IMG/VR virus record: IMGVR_UViG_3300025828_000014
Reading direction: 5' to 3' (one strand)
DNA length: 64,000 nt
Origin: a virus
Position 1 is the stretch's first letter. Each line of letters opens with the position of its first letter. The notes below the pieces were generated by a model. The model was not told the origin of the DNA, ran no database searches, and saw only the letters and a program-made list of their open reading frames with translations. Made by a program: the position numbers and the translations under genes. Positions 27,286-37,434 of the stretch are shown in pieces.

Positions 27286-28945
27286 TTAAAATACGCCATG
27301 CTGTTCCGTTACGCATTTCTTGTGCCGTGAATTGGCAATATGCTAAGTGAGCTGCGTAAGCATATATTTGATCAGGATCGTGTATATTCAGCTTGTTGAG
27401 TTCACTGATTTTTGTGTTACACAATACTGTTGCAGCATTAGGTGCTAAAGCAATAGCTGGTCTGTTTGCAAGTATTGCTTCTGTAGCAGCTATACTATTG
27501 TATGTAATTAAACAGTATGCTTTATCAAGTGCTTTCCAAATTGTGTCTGTTGTAACTCTTACACTACGATCAGGTTTTTTTCTAATAACTATTTGTCTAT
27601 CAGTGTGGGCTCTAATCTGGGCAGTAGTTATTCTAATCCAGTCTTCTAAACTTTCTCCGTAAAACTTCATTACTTTTTCGCTCGGAGGACATACTAAAAT
27701 GTATTCGCCTTCTCTGTATTTTGGAACTTTATAACGCCATTTTGATATTCTGTCGTGTGGACGAGAAATGATTTCGCCTTGCTGTTGTAAAGCATTTTTA
27801 GTTATACGATGATATTCTTTTTTTGTTGTAGGTTGATAATATCCTGTATCGATAGCATAATAATCTCTATTGTTTTCAATACAATATTTCAGTGCTTTTT
27901 GGCCACCCCCGCCTAGTCCTCTAATAATTAATGTATTATCAGTTCCTTTTTCTCTAGTAAATTCACTGATATAACCGCCGGCACCGATTATAAAATCGCT
28001 AATATAAGGATCATATTCTAATCCTTTCTTTTCGTAATTAAATTCGCCCTGTGTTGGTGCTATGCCTGCAACTTTGATTCCCATTTTATTTTCCTCAAAT
28101 GTTTTAATTTCTTCCTTAGATTTAAAATAGTTTTCACTAGGATCAATCCAACTGTTTACTTTTGCTTTAAAGTAATTTATGATATGAGGAGGATAACTTA
28201 AATCATTAACAGTAATTACTTTGTTTATATTAGCTTCTAATTTTTTTTTTGATTCCTCTAGTTCGTATTCTAGATAGTTTGCTTTTCCTTTATACCATTC
28301 TTTTGCGTATTCACAGTCTTGATATTCTTCAAACCACGGACCGCCTTCGGTGTAGTGCAATGCTTTTGGAGTGCCGTCTTCTGGTTCCTTATACCAACCA
28401 ACAAGCCAATTCCATTCGTGACTAATTTCTCCAATTTCTTCGTCCTTTAACCAACTAAATCTATGTAAAAACGCACCAGTTTTACGTTCGTCATTTACAA
28501 AATCTTTTGTCACAACAGCATTTGCTGGATGTTCACAATTAATTAGCATCATGCTTGACCAATTTTTTCTTGGATATTGTGTTTGTTGCTTTCCGTCCAT
28601 TTTAACACCTTCCTTAGGTGTATAATCGTGCTGGGCACACATTATAGCATACTTGTCGTCTCTTTGGTCGTATAACTTTTTTATATCATCTAAAAACACA
28701 AAATCACAATCTATAAAAAGTGCCCAACCTTTAAAATTACACAGTTCTGGTATTAAAAATCTTGTAAAGGTAAATTCTGTAGATGCAAGTGCGTCTACAG
28801 GTCTAGTGTATATGCCGGCTTTCCTCAAATCTTTTTGTTTTAATGGTTGTATGTCTACCGGAATGCTAGACTTTTCAATAATAGTTTGCTTTGCAACTTG
28901 ATAAGCAATATCTTCTCTGCTGTCCCAGCCTACAAATACTTTCAT
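27272..28945 (-). CDS. Bifunctional glycosyltransferase: GT8-like N-terminus + KpsS-like C-terminus
   Basis: STEFTFTRF, FIDCD, YPRKNWSS, HYTEGGPW; C-terminal IRKKP, TYNSIAA, LAYCQF. Confidence 0.8.
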   Translation of the reverse strand: MKVFVGWDSREDIAYQVAKQTIIEKSSIPVDIQPLKQKDLRKAGIYTRPVDALASTEFTFTRFLIPELCNFKGWALFIDCDFVFLDDIKKLYDQRDDKYAIMCAQHDYTPKEGVKMDGKQQTQYPRKNWSSMMLINCEHPANAVVTKDFVNDERKTGAFLHRFSWLKDEEIGEISHEWNWLVGWYKEPEDGTPKALHYTEGGPWFEEYQDCEYAKEWYKGKANYLEYELEESKKKLEANINKVITVNDLSYPPHIINYFKAKVNSWIDPSENYFKSKEEIKTFEENKMGIKVAGIAPTQGEFNYEKKGLEYDPYISDFIIGAGGYISEFTREKGTDNTLIIRGLGGGGQKALKYCIENNRDYYAIDTGYYQPTTKKEYHRITKNALQQQGEIISRPHDRISKWRYKVPKYREGEYILVCPPSEKVMKFYGESLEDWIRITTAQIRAHTDRQIVIRKKPDRSVRVTTDTIWKALDKAYCLITYNSIAATEAILANRPAIALAPNAATVLCNTKISELNKLNIHDPDQIYAYAAHLAYCQFTAQEMRNGTAWRILNESR

Positions 28946-29709
28946 TAATCTCTTCTTTCTATATCATCTTCAGTCAGCTCTTTGCCTAGCCAAACTTCAA
29001 TTACTTTAGCATCTTTGTTATCTATGTTTACTGCTTTATGCCACCAACCTACAGGTATATCAATACTGTCTCCTGGGACTAGCAAGGTGCTAGTTTTGTT
29101 ACCTCGTTTGTCTTGTAAAAACATATTAATAACACCGTCTACAACGTGCCAGTGTTCACTGCGTTTAAAGTGTCGTTGATCGCTAAGAGATTTGCCCTGG
29201 TAAAATGTAAGTTCTTTGACTTGCCATTCGCCGTTGCGATCTAATACCTTGTATTCACCCCAAGCACGTTTAGTTATAGGCTTGTCCCAGTTTTTTAGAA
29301 TCCAACTACTGCTGTTCTTTTTATCTTCTCCACCTACACCAAAAACAAACTCAACATCAGGATGATTACCGTATACTTTTTGTTCCGGTATGTCTCCGTT
29401 GATTCTATCTCCACCGTTAGCAACAATTATTTTTCCAGTAGTTGTTTGTAGTAAATATCCAATAGCTTTGCTAGTTCCTCCTGTATCATCGTCAGAAACT
29501 AGCATTACGTTGTCAACCATTTCTAAATTTTCAATAATTTTAGCACGTTCTTCAAAGGGCATAAATGCTTGCCCTTTTTTACGAACCAACCATGGATCGC
29601 TATTCACTCCAACTACGAGAGTGTCTCCTAATTGTTTTGCTGCTTTAAAATATTCAATATGTCCGCTATGAAGTGGATCAAATCCGCCAGATACAAATAC
29701 TGTTGTCAT
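28945..29709 (-). CDS. HxGH cytidylyltransferase (RfaE-II/TagD-like) fused to a type II mannose-6-P-isomerase-like cupin
   Basis: SGGFDPLHSGH, NGGDR, KNSSS; RAWG, LSDQRHFKRSEHW. Confidence 0.88.
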   Translation of the reverse strand: MTTVFVSGGFDPLHSGHIEYFKAAKQLGDTLVVGVNSDPWLVRKKGQAFMPFEERAKIIENLEMVDNVMLVSDDDTGGTSKAIGYLLQTTTGKIIVANGGDRINGDIPEQKVYGNHPDVEFVFGVGGEDKKNSSSWILKNWDKPITKRAWGEYKVLDRNGEWQVKELTFYQGKSLSDQRHFKRSEHWHVVDGVINMFLQDKRGNKTSTLLVPGDSIDIPVGWWHKAVNIDNKDAKVIEVWLGKELTEDDIERRD

Positions 29710-29721
29710 AAAGATATTTAA

Positions 29722-30345
29722 TCAACGCCACCCAAAGATATAGTCTTTTCTGACATTGGTAATTTCGTATGCACCATATGATTTTAAAAACATACCTGCA
29801 CATTCATTTGTGTCGGCTTGTTGTTCACAAACTATAATTGGTTTGTATTTAAGTATTGTGTTCATTGCACCTTTTAAAACTTCAAGTTCATGTCGTTCAC
29901 AATCTATTTTAAGTAATCCAAATTTTGGCAGATTTAAATCGTCTAATCTTTTTATTTGTATACTACCAGTGCCAACTTCACTTACAAAACTACCACCTGT
30001 GTTTTCTGCATCGTATACCATTTCAACTGTGCTGTTTACACTGCCTAATGCAAATCTATTGATATCGACTGGCAATCCGTTTACATTACGCTCAAGACAA
30101 GTATATACTTGTTCGAGTGGTTCAAATGCAATTACACGATCAAATTTTCTAGTTAAAGGTTTTGCCCATAAGCCTACATTTGCGCCAACATCAATTGCTA
30201 AACTAAAATCATCAACGTATCTATACGCTACATCTCTTACATCGTCTTGATATTCAGGCGGCCCACCTTTTTTGATACGCTTTGCAATCAAGCGTTCGAA
30301 ATGATTATCTGAATTAGGCATCCAATAGTTATAAACTAATTTCAT
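29722..30345 (-). CDS. FkbM-family SAM methyltransferase
   Basis: IDVGANVG, AFEP, LKIDCE. Confidence 0.9.
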   Translation of the reverse strand: MKLVYNYWMPNSDNHFERLIAKRIKKGGPPEYQDDVRDVAYRYVDDFSLAIDVGANVGLWAKPLTRKFDRVIAFEPLEQVYTCLERNVNGLPVDINRFALGSVNSTVEMVYDAENTGGSFVSEVGTGSIQIKRLDDLNLPKFGLLKIDCERHELEVLKGAMNTILKYKPIIVCEQQADTNECAGMFLKSYGAYEITNVRKDYIFGWR

Positions 30346-30884
30346 TTTTTTAACACTGTAATATACTTTTGAACATAGATTCCAAATTTTTCTACAAGTT
30401 TTTTCTTTGTAGTTTTTTCATACTGTGTATTCCATTTATACTCAGAAAGTTTATGTTTCCACCATGTAGGTTCTTCAATAATTAAGTGTGCATTTCTACC
30501 ATCACTTAATTTCTTCTTAGCTGGATGACAAGCAATTAGATGATATTGATATTTTTGTGCTCTTGCAAAAAGATCTTTTAATGTAGCTTCTAATAAGTCG
30601 GGTTCTATATGCTCTAAAACATCGCTACTATATATTAAATCAACTTGATCTGGCAACTGTATAGGACTTGTTACTGGATCATATGTGTATAATTTAATAT
30701 GTGGATATTTTTCTTTTATTGTTAATGATGTTAGACCTTTACCACTACCAAAGTCTAACATACTTTGTATTTCGCCTGAGTCAAGTAATTCTACAACAGG
30801 TTTTGGTATTTCTTTACCACTTCCAAATGCAGACTTACTATGTAACTTTTCAAGTTCTTTTAAATATTCTTTACTATGTGCCAT
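30342..30884 (-). CDS. Class I SAM methyltransferase
   Basis: LDFGSGKG, YDP, DVLEHIEP. Confidence 0.88.
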   Translation of the reverse strand: MAHSKEYLKELEKLHSKSAFGSGKEIPKPVVELLDSGEIQSMLDFGSGKGLTSLTIKEKYPHIKLYTYDPVTSPIQLPDQVDLIYSSDVLEHIEPDLLEATLKDLFARAQKYQYHLIACHPAKKKLSDGRNAHLIIEEPTWWKHKLSEYKWNTQYEKTTKKKLVEKFGIYVQKYITVLKK

Positions 30885-31339
30885 TATAATGTCGCGTCTT
30901 CCATTCCTGCTACACGTAATTTTACAACATTAGTTATCTGCCATTGCTTTTGATCGAGAGCTTTTAAAACGCCTAACCATTTGTTACGTAATAATGCAAA
31001 TTCGTTTATAATCTTTTCATAATCAACAACGTCAGCTTCTCCGTCTACGTAGCGTTCTACATCGCGACTGCTTAATGCACGTTGATAGTTTTCAAGATAT
31101 TTTTTAAAATAAGAGCTACGCAATCTGCGTAGCTCTATATTTAAATAGTTTAGAATTGCTTCAATTTCTTGAAGTTGATTGAAACGATGTTCAACAATAC
31201 CTGGCATTTCAGCTGCTGCTTTTTCAACATTACCTACTAACTTACATTCTTTTCTTGCTAAATCTAATTCAGTTTCAAAGTGTTGTATTGCAGAAGGAAT
31301 TTTGCCAATGTTTCTTGATACTTCAGAATACCATCCCAT
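30884..31339 (-). CDS. uvsY: Recombination mediator UvsY-like
   Basis: 151 aa helical, ends LRVAGMED; located near uvsX. Confidence 0.75.
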   Translation of the reverse strand: MGWYSEVSRNIGKIPSAIQHFETELDLARKECKLVGNVEKAAAEMPGIVEHRFNQLQEIEAILNYLNIELRRLRSSYFKKYLENYQRALSSRDVERYVDGEADVVDYEKIINEFALLRNKWLGVLKALDQKQWQITNVVKLRVAGMEDATL

Positions 31340-31572
31340 TATTCATCCCATTCGTAGTCATCATCGTAGTCAACATCGCTGTCATCTTCTAAATAGTATT
31401 GTATTGCGGCATCTAAAATTTTATCTGTGCCTAAGCATTCTTTTAATGTTAAATCATCAACACCATAGTCTGCTAACATATCAATAAATTTTTCTGCTAC
31501 AATATCGATTTGTTTTTTGTCTAAATAATTTTTAAACAAGTTCCAAACATCAACTATTTGATCTTCATTCAT
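31339..31572 (-). CDS. Small acidic hypothetical protein
   Basis: 77 aa, coupled to uvsX and uvsY. Confidence 0.75.
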   Translation of the reverse strand: MNEDQIVDVWNLFKNYLDKKQIDIVAEKFIDMLADYGVDDLTLKECLGTDKILDAAIQYYLEDDSDVDYDDDYEWDE

Positions 31573-32653
31573 TGACTACAGGCTCCTCGTCATGGTCTAC
31601 AACTTCTTCGATTGCATTGTCGGTATTTACCATCTGTGCTTCTTTTTGCGGCATATCTGCCATGACCATTTCGAGTAGTTCACCTGTCCAGTTCTTGCGA
31701 TATTCTAGTGTTTCTTCTCCGGCGCTATCAATATACTTGTAGCGATTACCTTGTTTTTCTAATAGACCTTTTGCTTCAAACAAATCAAAAAGTCCACTAT
31801 ATGGATCCATTCCTGTTTCATAAGGAATTTTTACTTGCACACCTTCAAACGGTTTAGCGTAACGTGTTTTCATAACTTTACACCCTGCACGAATACCGTT
31901 GACTGTGCTAGTTTTATTACCATCTGCATCTTCTTTTAATTTTAGCTTCTTCATGGCAACAACAATACTAGAAGCATAGATAAAGCCTTGACCGCCTGAA
32001 ATCTTATCATCCGGATCAAACATATCTTGCGATGCATATGTATGGTTAGTTGCAACTAGTCCAACGTTGTGTGAACCAAACATGTTTACACAATTACGGA
32101 CCAATGCAGTAAGTGCCTTGGGCTTTCTACCCATGTCACCTTTCATGTCACCTTTGCTAAACTGATCAACATCAGTAGGTGTCAACAACATACCTAAACT
32201 ATCAATAACAAATAATACTTTAGGACGATCGTCTTCATCCATGCTTTTGTAATCTGCCATAAATGTTGATACTGTTTTAGCAACGTCATCGATCATTGAC
32301 ATGTTTAGTTTAAGTAGTTTGCTCTCAGATGTATCTACATCAAGAGCTTGCAACCATGCTTCGTCTAATGCATTTTCGCTGTCAATAAGAACAACAAAAA
32401 TACCTTGATCTTGTGCATGTTTTACAATATTTCCAGAACAAAAGTAACTTTTACCTGCGCCACTTTCTCCTGCAAAAACAGACACTTTACCTAGTGGAAT
32501 ACCTTTTTTAAAGTCTCCACTAATTAAATAGTTAAGTGCATAAGAACCTGTGCTGATCCAATCTGTTGGATCATTAAAGCCTGCACTCATACCAGTGATA
32601 CTCTTTGTAAGTTGTGTCCTAAACTTACTAGGATCAAAAGATTTTGTAGCCAT
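31565..32653 (-). CDS. uvsX: RecA-like recombinase (UvsX)
   Basis: AGESGAGKS, DSENA, IDSLG, NHTY, SGG motifs. Confidence 0.94.
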   Translation of the reverse strand: MATKSFDPSKFRTQLTKSITGMSAGFNDPTDWISTGSYALNYLISGDFKKGIPLGKVSVFAGESGAGKSYFCSGNIVKHAQDQGIFVVLIDSENALDEAWLQALDVDTSESKLLKLNMSMIDDVAKTVSTFMADYKSMDEDDRPKVLFVIDSLGMLLTPTDVDQFSKGDMKGDMGRKPKALTALVRNCVNMFGSHNVGLVATNHTYASQDMFDPDDKISGGQGFIYASSIVVAMKKLKLKEDADGNKTSTVNGIRAGCKVMKTRYAKPFEGVQVKIPYETGMDPYSGLFDLFEAKGLLEKQGNRYKYIDSAGEETLEYRKNWTGELLEMVMADMPQKEAQMVNTDNAIEEVVDHDEEPVVNE

Positions 32654-32677
32654 ACATACCTCCTAAAAAGCGTAAAG

Positions 32678-32713
32678 GCTGTAGACTTGTTTACTAAAAA
32701 ACAAGCCTACAGC
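32678..32713 (-). terminator. 15-bp hairpin between gp32 and uvsX (terminator or processing site)
   Basis: GCTGTAGGCTTGTTT/AAACAAGTCTACAGC on - strand, T-rich downstream. Confidence 0.65.
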
Positions 32714-32720
32714 GTTGTTT

Positions 32721-33701
32721 TTACTGATTTTGACGTGCTCTGATCATTGCAAGAATGTCGCTTGCGCCGCCTGCAGATTCAGCAGGTGCTGCTGCTGGAG
32801 CAGGTGCTGCTTCTGCTGCTGCTTCTTCAGTTGACTTAAAAGGAATGTCATCTTCTACTGGAGAAGGTGTTGGTGCTGCTGGTGCTTGTGCTACTGGGTC
32901 ACCTGTTCGTGCAGCCATTCCGCTAGGACGGAAATAATTGCTCCAACGATCTGGATCATATACTTCACCGTCTACACTTGCTTCAAACATTTCAGTAAGA
33001 ACTTTAAGCTCAACTTCGCCTGGTTTTTTAGGAAGGAAGTCGTTTAGATTAAACAGACCGTGTGTGTTTACTGCTGCCATCTCTGCATCACCTAGTGGAC
33101 GCTCTCTACGTGCCCAATTACTTGCGCCATAATCTGCATAACCGCCTTTGGTTCCTTTTGACAAACGGAAATCTACACCAGCAGTATAATCTGTTGGTAG
33201 TTCTTCCATATCAGGATCCATTAGTGCTGCTTTGATTAATTGGAAAATTTGTGGACCAATGATGAATCTACGAATGGGATTCTCTGGTTGAGAATCTTCT
33301 TTTAATGGATCATCTACAACAAAACCTTGGAAGATGTAAGAACGCTTTTTCCAATACTTACGACCCATGTCTTCAAGACTTGGATCTTTGAACCAACCAC
33401 GCACCTCTTGTAGGATTGGGCAAGATTCACCATACATTTCCATACATGGAACTTGCACTTGAACTGGGCGTGAACTTGTATCGCCTTTTACACCCGCAAA
33501 TGGAAGTTTGATCATCAAACGTTCTTTCCAGAAGAAAGTGTTTGATGCATCGCCATCAGGCAAGAAACGCAACGTTGCAGTGTCGCCTTCTTTCATATTC
33601 CAAAATGGGTAAATTGCGTTGTCGCCGCCGCTTGAACTTGTGCCTGATGCACGGTTCTCTTGTTCTTTTAGTTTTGCTCTAATTTCAGCTAATGATGCCA
33701 T
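32721..33701 (-). CDS. Single-stranded DNA-binding protein (T4 gp32-like)
   Basis: LRFLPD, CPI, YWKKRSY, Ala/Pro acidic tail; next to uvsX. Confidence 0.88.
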   Translation of the reverse strand: MASLAEIRAKLKEQENRASGTSSSGGDNAIYPFWNMKEGDTATLRFLPDGDASNTFFWKERLMIKLPFAGVKGDTSSRPVQVQVPCMEMYGESCPILQEVRGWFKDPSLEDMGRKYWKKRSYIFQGFVVDDPLKEDSQPENPIRRFIIGPQIFQLIKAALMDPDMEELPTDYTAGVDFRLSKGTKGGYADYGASNWARRERPLGDAEMAAVNTHGLFNLNDFLPKKPGEVELKVLTEMFEASVDGEVYDPDRWSNYFRPSGMAARTGDPVAQAPAAPTPSPVEDDIPFKSTEEAAAEAAPAPAAAPAESAGGASDILAMIRARQNQ

Positions 33702-33761
33702 AGTTATGCCTCCTTATAATTGCCTATGCATTTGTGCCTAAGTGTGTAGCACATAATAGTT

Positions 33762-33790
33762 ATACTACACAATCTATTTATCATTGTCAA
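33762..33790 (-). promoter_or_regulatory. Dual gp32 promoter: sigma70 with nested late TAAATA
   Basis: TTGACA-atgaTAAATAgattgtg-TAGTAT. Confidence 0.75.
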
Positions 33791-33826
33791 GTGTTTTTTT
33801 GACAATAATATTAAAAAGTTAGCCGA

Positions 33827-35773
33827 TTAACTTAAACCGGCTAACGATTTTAATCTATCTAGTGCGCCTGGTTTTTTTGGTTCTTGTGCTTTTGGTAGCT
33901 CTGCTGATTTTTCAGTGTCTTGTGCTGCCATACGTTTTTTGTCTCTGACAAGTTCCATATACTTAGCACCGTCAGTAGCAATTAAGTCTAATTTTTCTGC
34001 GTCTGCGCTTGCTCGTTTACCATGACCTAATGGATATGTTCTTTTCACTTCCATTGTAGTTGGATCATACAATACGATGCTATTTCTGTATAATTCAAAT
34101 TGTGAACGTTCGCCAATTTCGCCTTGTTTAGCCAGTTCAGTTTCTGGATAGCGGCTGTTTGCCGTTTCTTCAGCCTTTTTGTGTGCTATAGTAGTTTCTA
34201 CTTTTTTCATAAATTTAGCAGCCGGTTCAACATATTGCTCGCCGTATTGCTTTTCTACCATGGTTAATACTGCTGTTTCGCCTTTAGGAAATGTTCCGTT
34301 TTCTCTATCAAAGTAAGATAGAATGAACTCTCCAATTGGTAATTCTGGTTGTTGAGGTTGATCCATTGGTTCCATGCCTTGTGGGCCTACTTTGACATCC
34401 ATTGTATCATCGTCTGATTCTTTTTTATCTTTATTACAATCACAGTGTTCGCATGTTGGAGCACATGTGCAATCTTCTGCTTTTACGTCTGCACCACAGC
34501 AATCGTCTGAGCAATACCCTGGTTTTGCTTTTGCTTCGTTTACTTCTTCAGCAAACTGACCCATTAGTTTATCAATTGCTAATTCTACAATTCTATTGTA
34601 GTCAACTTTGTTTGTTGATTCAAATGCATCAGGAACACCATTGCCGTCTGCGTCTCTCCACCACGAACCAGTTTCGTCATGAGAATCATGTGAACAATCA
34701 CATCCTGGTTTACAGTTGTGCATTTGGCATCCGCAGTCTTTACAATGATATTCTTTATAGCCTTTCATATAGCCTTCGTCTAATATATCATCTAAGTCAA
34801 TTGTTTCTACTACGCTTGTGCCTACTAAATTATAAATGTATGGAAACACATCTTTTAATTCTTCGTTAAACTGCTTGATAGTAAGTTGATCAACCCATGC
34901 ATCAGATACATTGGTTGGAACTTCTTCCATGACAGCAACTTCATAGTTTTCACTTGCTTCTTTGTAATAGCCTGGTTTTTGTAAGTTTTGTATTTCTTGT
35001 CTTACTTCTTTGATACGCCCTTTTACAATATCTGTGTAGCCTTCTAATGTTTCTGCCATTACACTACTGCGATTCATGTATTGGCTAAACTTGCGCAATT
35101 TAGACATTTCTTCTGACAAACCGGAGATGTATTTGCCAAAGTCGTCATACATATGACCGCCTTCGTTTACATGTAATGCCATTGCTCTTGCACCAGCTAA
35201 ATGCTTGTATGGATATTTAAATCTTTCACCTGTTGGTGATTCAATATAAATTGAGCCAATTTTGCTGGTTCTGCTATTAGAACTTTCTACATTGATTGGA
35301 GCAGAATGCTTGATTGCTATTCTTGCCTTTCCAATTTTTTGATAACTTCTTGTTTCGTTACCATACATTTTAGATTCTGACATTGTATTTTCTCCGGGGC
35401 GATTTTGCGCTAAGTATTCATAATCTCTTTTGTCTAGGTTTGATTTGTTAATATCTCTAACGTCAAATTTAAGCATACGTTTTTTGGCAAAATATCTTAA
35501 TTCTTTTAAAAAATTATACCAATCATCTTGTATTGCTTCTACTTGATTTAACACTAAATCTTTTGCAACAATTACTGTTACGCCATTTTCTTCGTCTAAC
35601 GATACACTTACTTTGCCCAATTCATTGCCTTGAGCGTTGTAACTGAACTCAAAAAACCTTGCATCCTCAGGTATATTTGTTACATTACCATTTTCGTCAC
35701 CAATGGTAACGTCGGTAAAACGTCCTCTAATTTTATTGAACATATCAGATGCAAATGTTTTAAACTTATTCAT
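33827..35773 (-). CDS. Putative head-internal (prohead core) protein with Cys-rich inserts
   Basis: 648 aa, late promoter, next to terminase; several xxE sites; ends RLKSLAGL. Confidence 0.7.
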   Translation of the reverse strand: MNKFKTFASDMFNKIRGRFTDVTIGDENGNVTNIPEDARFFEFSYNAQGNELGKVSVSLDEENGVTVIVAKDLVLNQVEAIQDDWYNFLKELRYFAKKRMLKFDVRDINKSNLDKRDYEYLAQNRPGENTMSESKMYGNETRSYQKIGKARIAIKHSAPINVESSNSRTSKIGSIYIESPTGERFKYPYKHLAGARAMALHVNEGGHMYDDFGKYISGLSEEMSKLRKFSQYMNRSSVMAETLEGYTDIVKGRIKEVRQEIQNLQKPGYYKEASENYEVAVMEEVPTNVSDAWVDQLTIKQFNEELKDVFPYIYNLVGTSVVETIDLDDILDEGYMKGYKEYHCKDCGCQMHNCKPGCDCSHDSHDETGSWWRDADGNGVPDAFESTNKVDYNRIVELAIDKLMGQFAEEVNEAKAKPGYCSDDCCGADVKAEDCTCAPTCEHCDCNKDKKESDDDTMDVKVGPQGMEPMDQPQQPELPIGEFILSYFDRENGTFPKGETAVLTMVEKQYGEQYVEPAAKFMKKVETTIAHKKAEETANSRYPETELAKQGEIGERSQFELYRNSIVLYDPTTMEVKRTYPLGHGKRASADAEKLDLIATDGAKYMELVRDKKRMAAQDTEKSAELPKAQEPKKPGALDRLKSLAGLS

Positions 35774-35786
35774 AGTAAAGTATTTA

Positions 35787-37373
35787 TCAATAGTTGCTGC
35801 TAACGAAGATAGGCATTGGCATTTCGTAATCTTCGTCTATAGAGGATTCCATTTGTGTGAAACTATTATAGATTGATGGATCCCAATCTTTCATCACTCC
35901 AATCATACGTAATGCAAGTAACATACTGCTAATCAAATCGTCAGTTGCACCCGGTTTTGCTTGATAGCTACTTCCTGTTGCAACAAATGTTTTGAGTTCA
36001 CTTATAAATGGCTTGCTATGTATTTTTAATTTTTCATTTTCAATCATAGTTTTCATTCTTGCACATGCAGTGACTTTTGCACTATGAGTTGTATTAAACC
36101 CTTTACGAAACTTGCGCACATGACCTTTGCGTATAGGTTCGCTTATAAACAGTCCTGGAATATTTTCTTCGCCTAAATCTTGAATGACAAGTAGTGCAGC
36201 TTCTCCAAGACCGTTGTTTTCAACGCTCCAATAAATTCCATTATCGTCATGTCTTTCTGTTTCTAAGTATGTGCATATGTCTTTAAGCACACGAATTTGT
36301 CCTGGTATACTGGTTGTATTATGCTGCCATTCAGCTACTTGTTCATAACTTGGTAACTCTACAACTTGTATAGCGGCATTATCTCCTCCAGTGCCCATAC
36401 TTGGATCTAGTGCTACAGCGTAATTTTTTCCTGGTTCTGGTTTTTTATACCAACGTGTTTGTCCCATGTTTATTACAGGAGAAACACCTTCCATTACAGT
36501 AAGGTGCAAACTACTAATTAAAGTTTCATCAAATACTAAAAATTCACAGCCATATTCACGTCTAAATTTTTCTTCACCAATACGCCCAATTTCTTCTGCT
36601 TTCCATTTATCGTCACGATCAGGATGTTCCCACCAGTCTGCCCTAAATGCATGAAATCCGTTTATACCAACATTATTTTCATTACCGTATTCGTCAAATT
36701 TATCTTCTGCTTGTTTCCAAATAGTAGCAAAAGTATCTTCGTCTGAGTTAGGTGTGCTAGTAATAATAGCACGACCACCTGTTGCTAGAGTAGGAGATAT
36801 TGAAGTCCAAAACTCTTCCGCAATGTTAGGTTGCACAAACGCAAACTCGTCACAGTATAGTAAGGAAATAGATAAACCACGTCCTGTATTACCTGTAGTG
36901 GTTTGGCTAATAATACGTGATCCGTTTTCAAATTCTATGCTGCCTTTGTTATAACTTGTAACACCTGCACGGATGTAGTTTGGACAGGTTTCGTATACAT
37001 ATCTAATACGTTGCATGATTTCTTGAGCACCTGTGTATTTGTGTGCTGCAATAAGAATAGTTTGATCTGGATTAAACATAGCATACCAACACAAATAGAT
37101 ACTTGCACATGTAGTCTTTCCTGTTTGTCTAGGCATCATATTAATATTAAATCTAAAATTATGATAACTTTCTAATAATCCTAATTGATACTCATATGGG
37201 TCAAAAAGTAATTGTCCTTTTACAGGATGTTGTATATGAGCAAAGTGTTCTGCAAAATACAAATATCCATCATCAGGATCCATACACTTTAGTAAGTGTT
37301 CTACTTGTGCTTCTGTAAATGTTTCTTGTTTGTTGGCTTTTTTAATTAATACGCCGTCTAATGATGTTGCCAT
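35787..37373 (-). CDS. terL: Terminase large subunit (T4 gp17-like)
   Basis: YQ motif, PRQTGKT, CDEFAF, STPN, LDPSMG, ENN, DDL. Confidence 0.95.
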   Translation of the reverse strand: MATSLDGVLIKKANKQETFTEAQVEHLLKCMDPDDGYLYFAEHFAHIQHPVKGQLLFDPYEYQLGLLESYHNFRFNINMMPRQTGKTTCASIYLCWYAMFNPDQTILIAAHKYTGAQEIMQRIRYVYETCPNYIRAGVTSYNKGSIEFENGSRIISQTTTGNTGRGLSISLLYCDEFAFVQPNIAEEFWTSISPTLATGGRAIITSTPNSDEDTFATIWKQAEDKFDEYGNENNVGINGFHAFRADWWEHPDRDDKWKAEEIGRIGEEKFRREYGCEFLVFDETLISSLHLTVMEGVSPVINMGQTRWYKKPEPGKNYAVALDPSMGTGGDNAAIQVVELPSYEQVAEWQHNTTSIPGQIRVLKDICTYLETERHDDNGIYWSVENNGLGEAALLVIQDLGEENIPGLFISEPIRKGHVRKFRKGFNTTHSAKVTACARMKTMIENEKLKIHSKPFISELKTFVATGSSYQAKPGATDDLISSMLLALRMIGVMKDWDPSIYNSFTQMESSIDEDYEMPMPIFVSSNY

Positions 37374-37387
37374 AGCAATATTTATTC

Positions 37388-37414
37388 AAAAAAATAGCGC
37401 CAACAGGCGCTATT
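37388..37414 (-). terminator. Rho-independent terminator
   Basis: AATAGCGCC-tgtt-GGCGCTATT followed by a T-tract on - strand. Confidence 0.85.
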
Positions 37415-37434
37415 GAAGTATCTGGGGGGATGAG

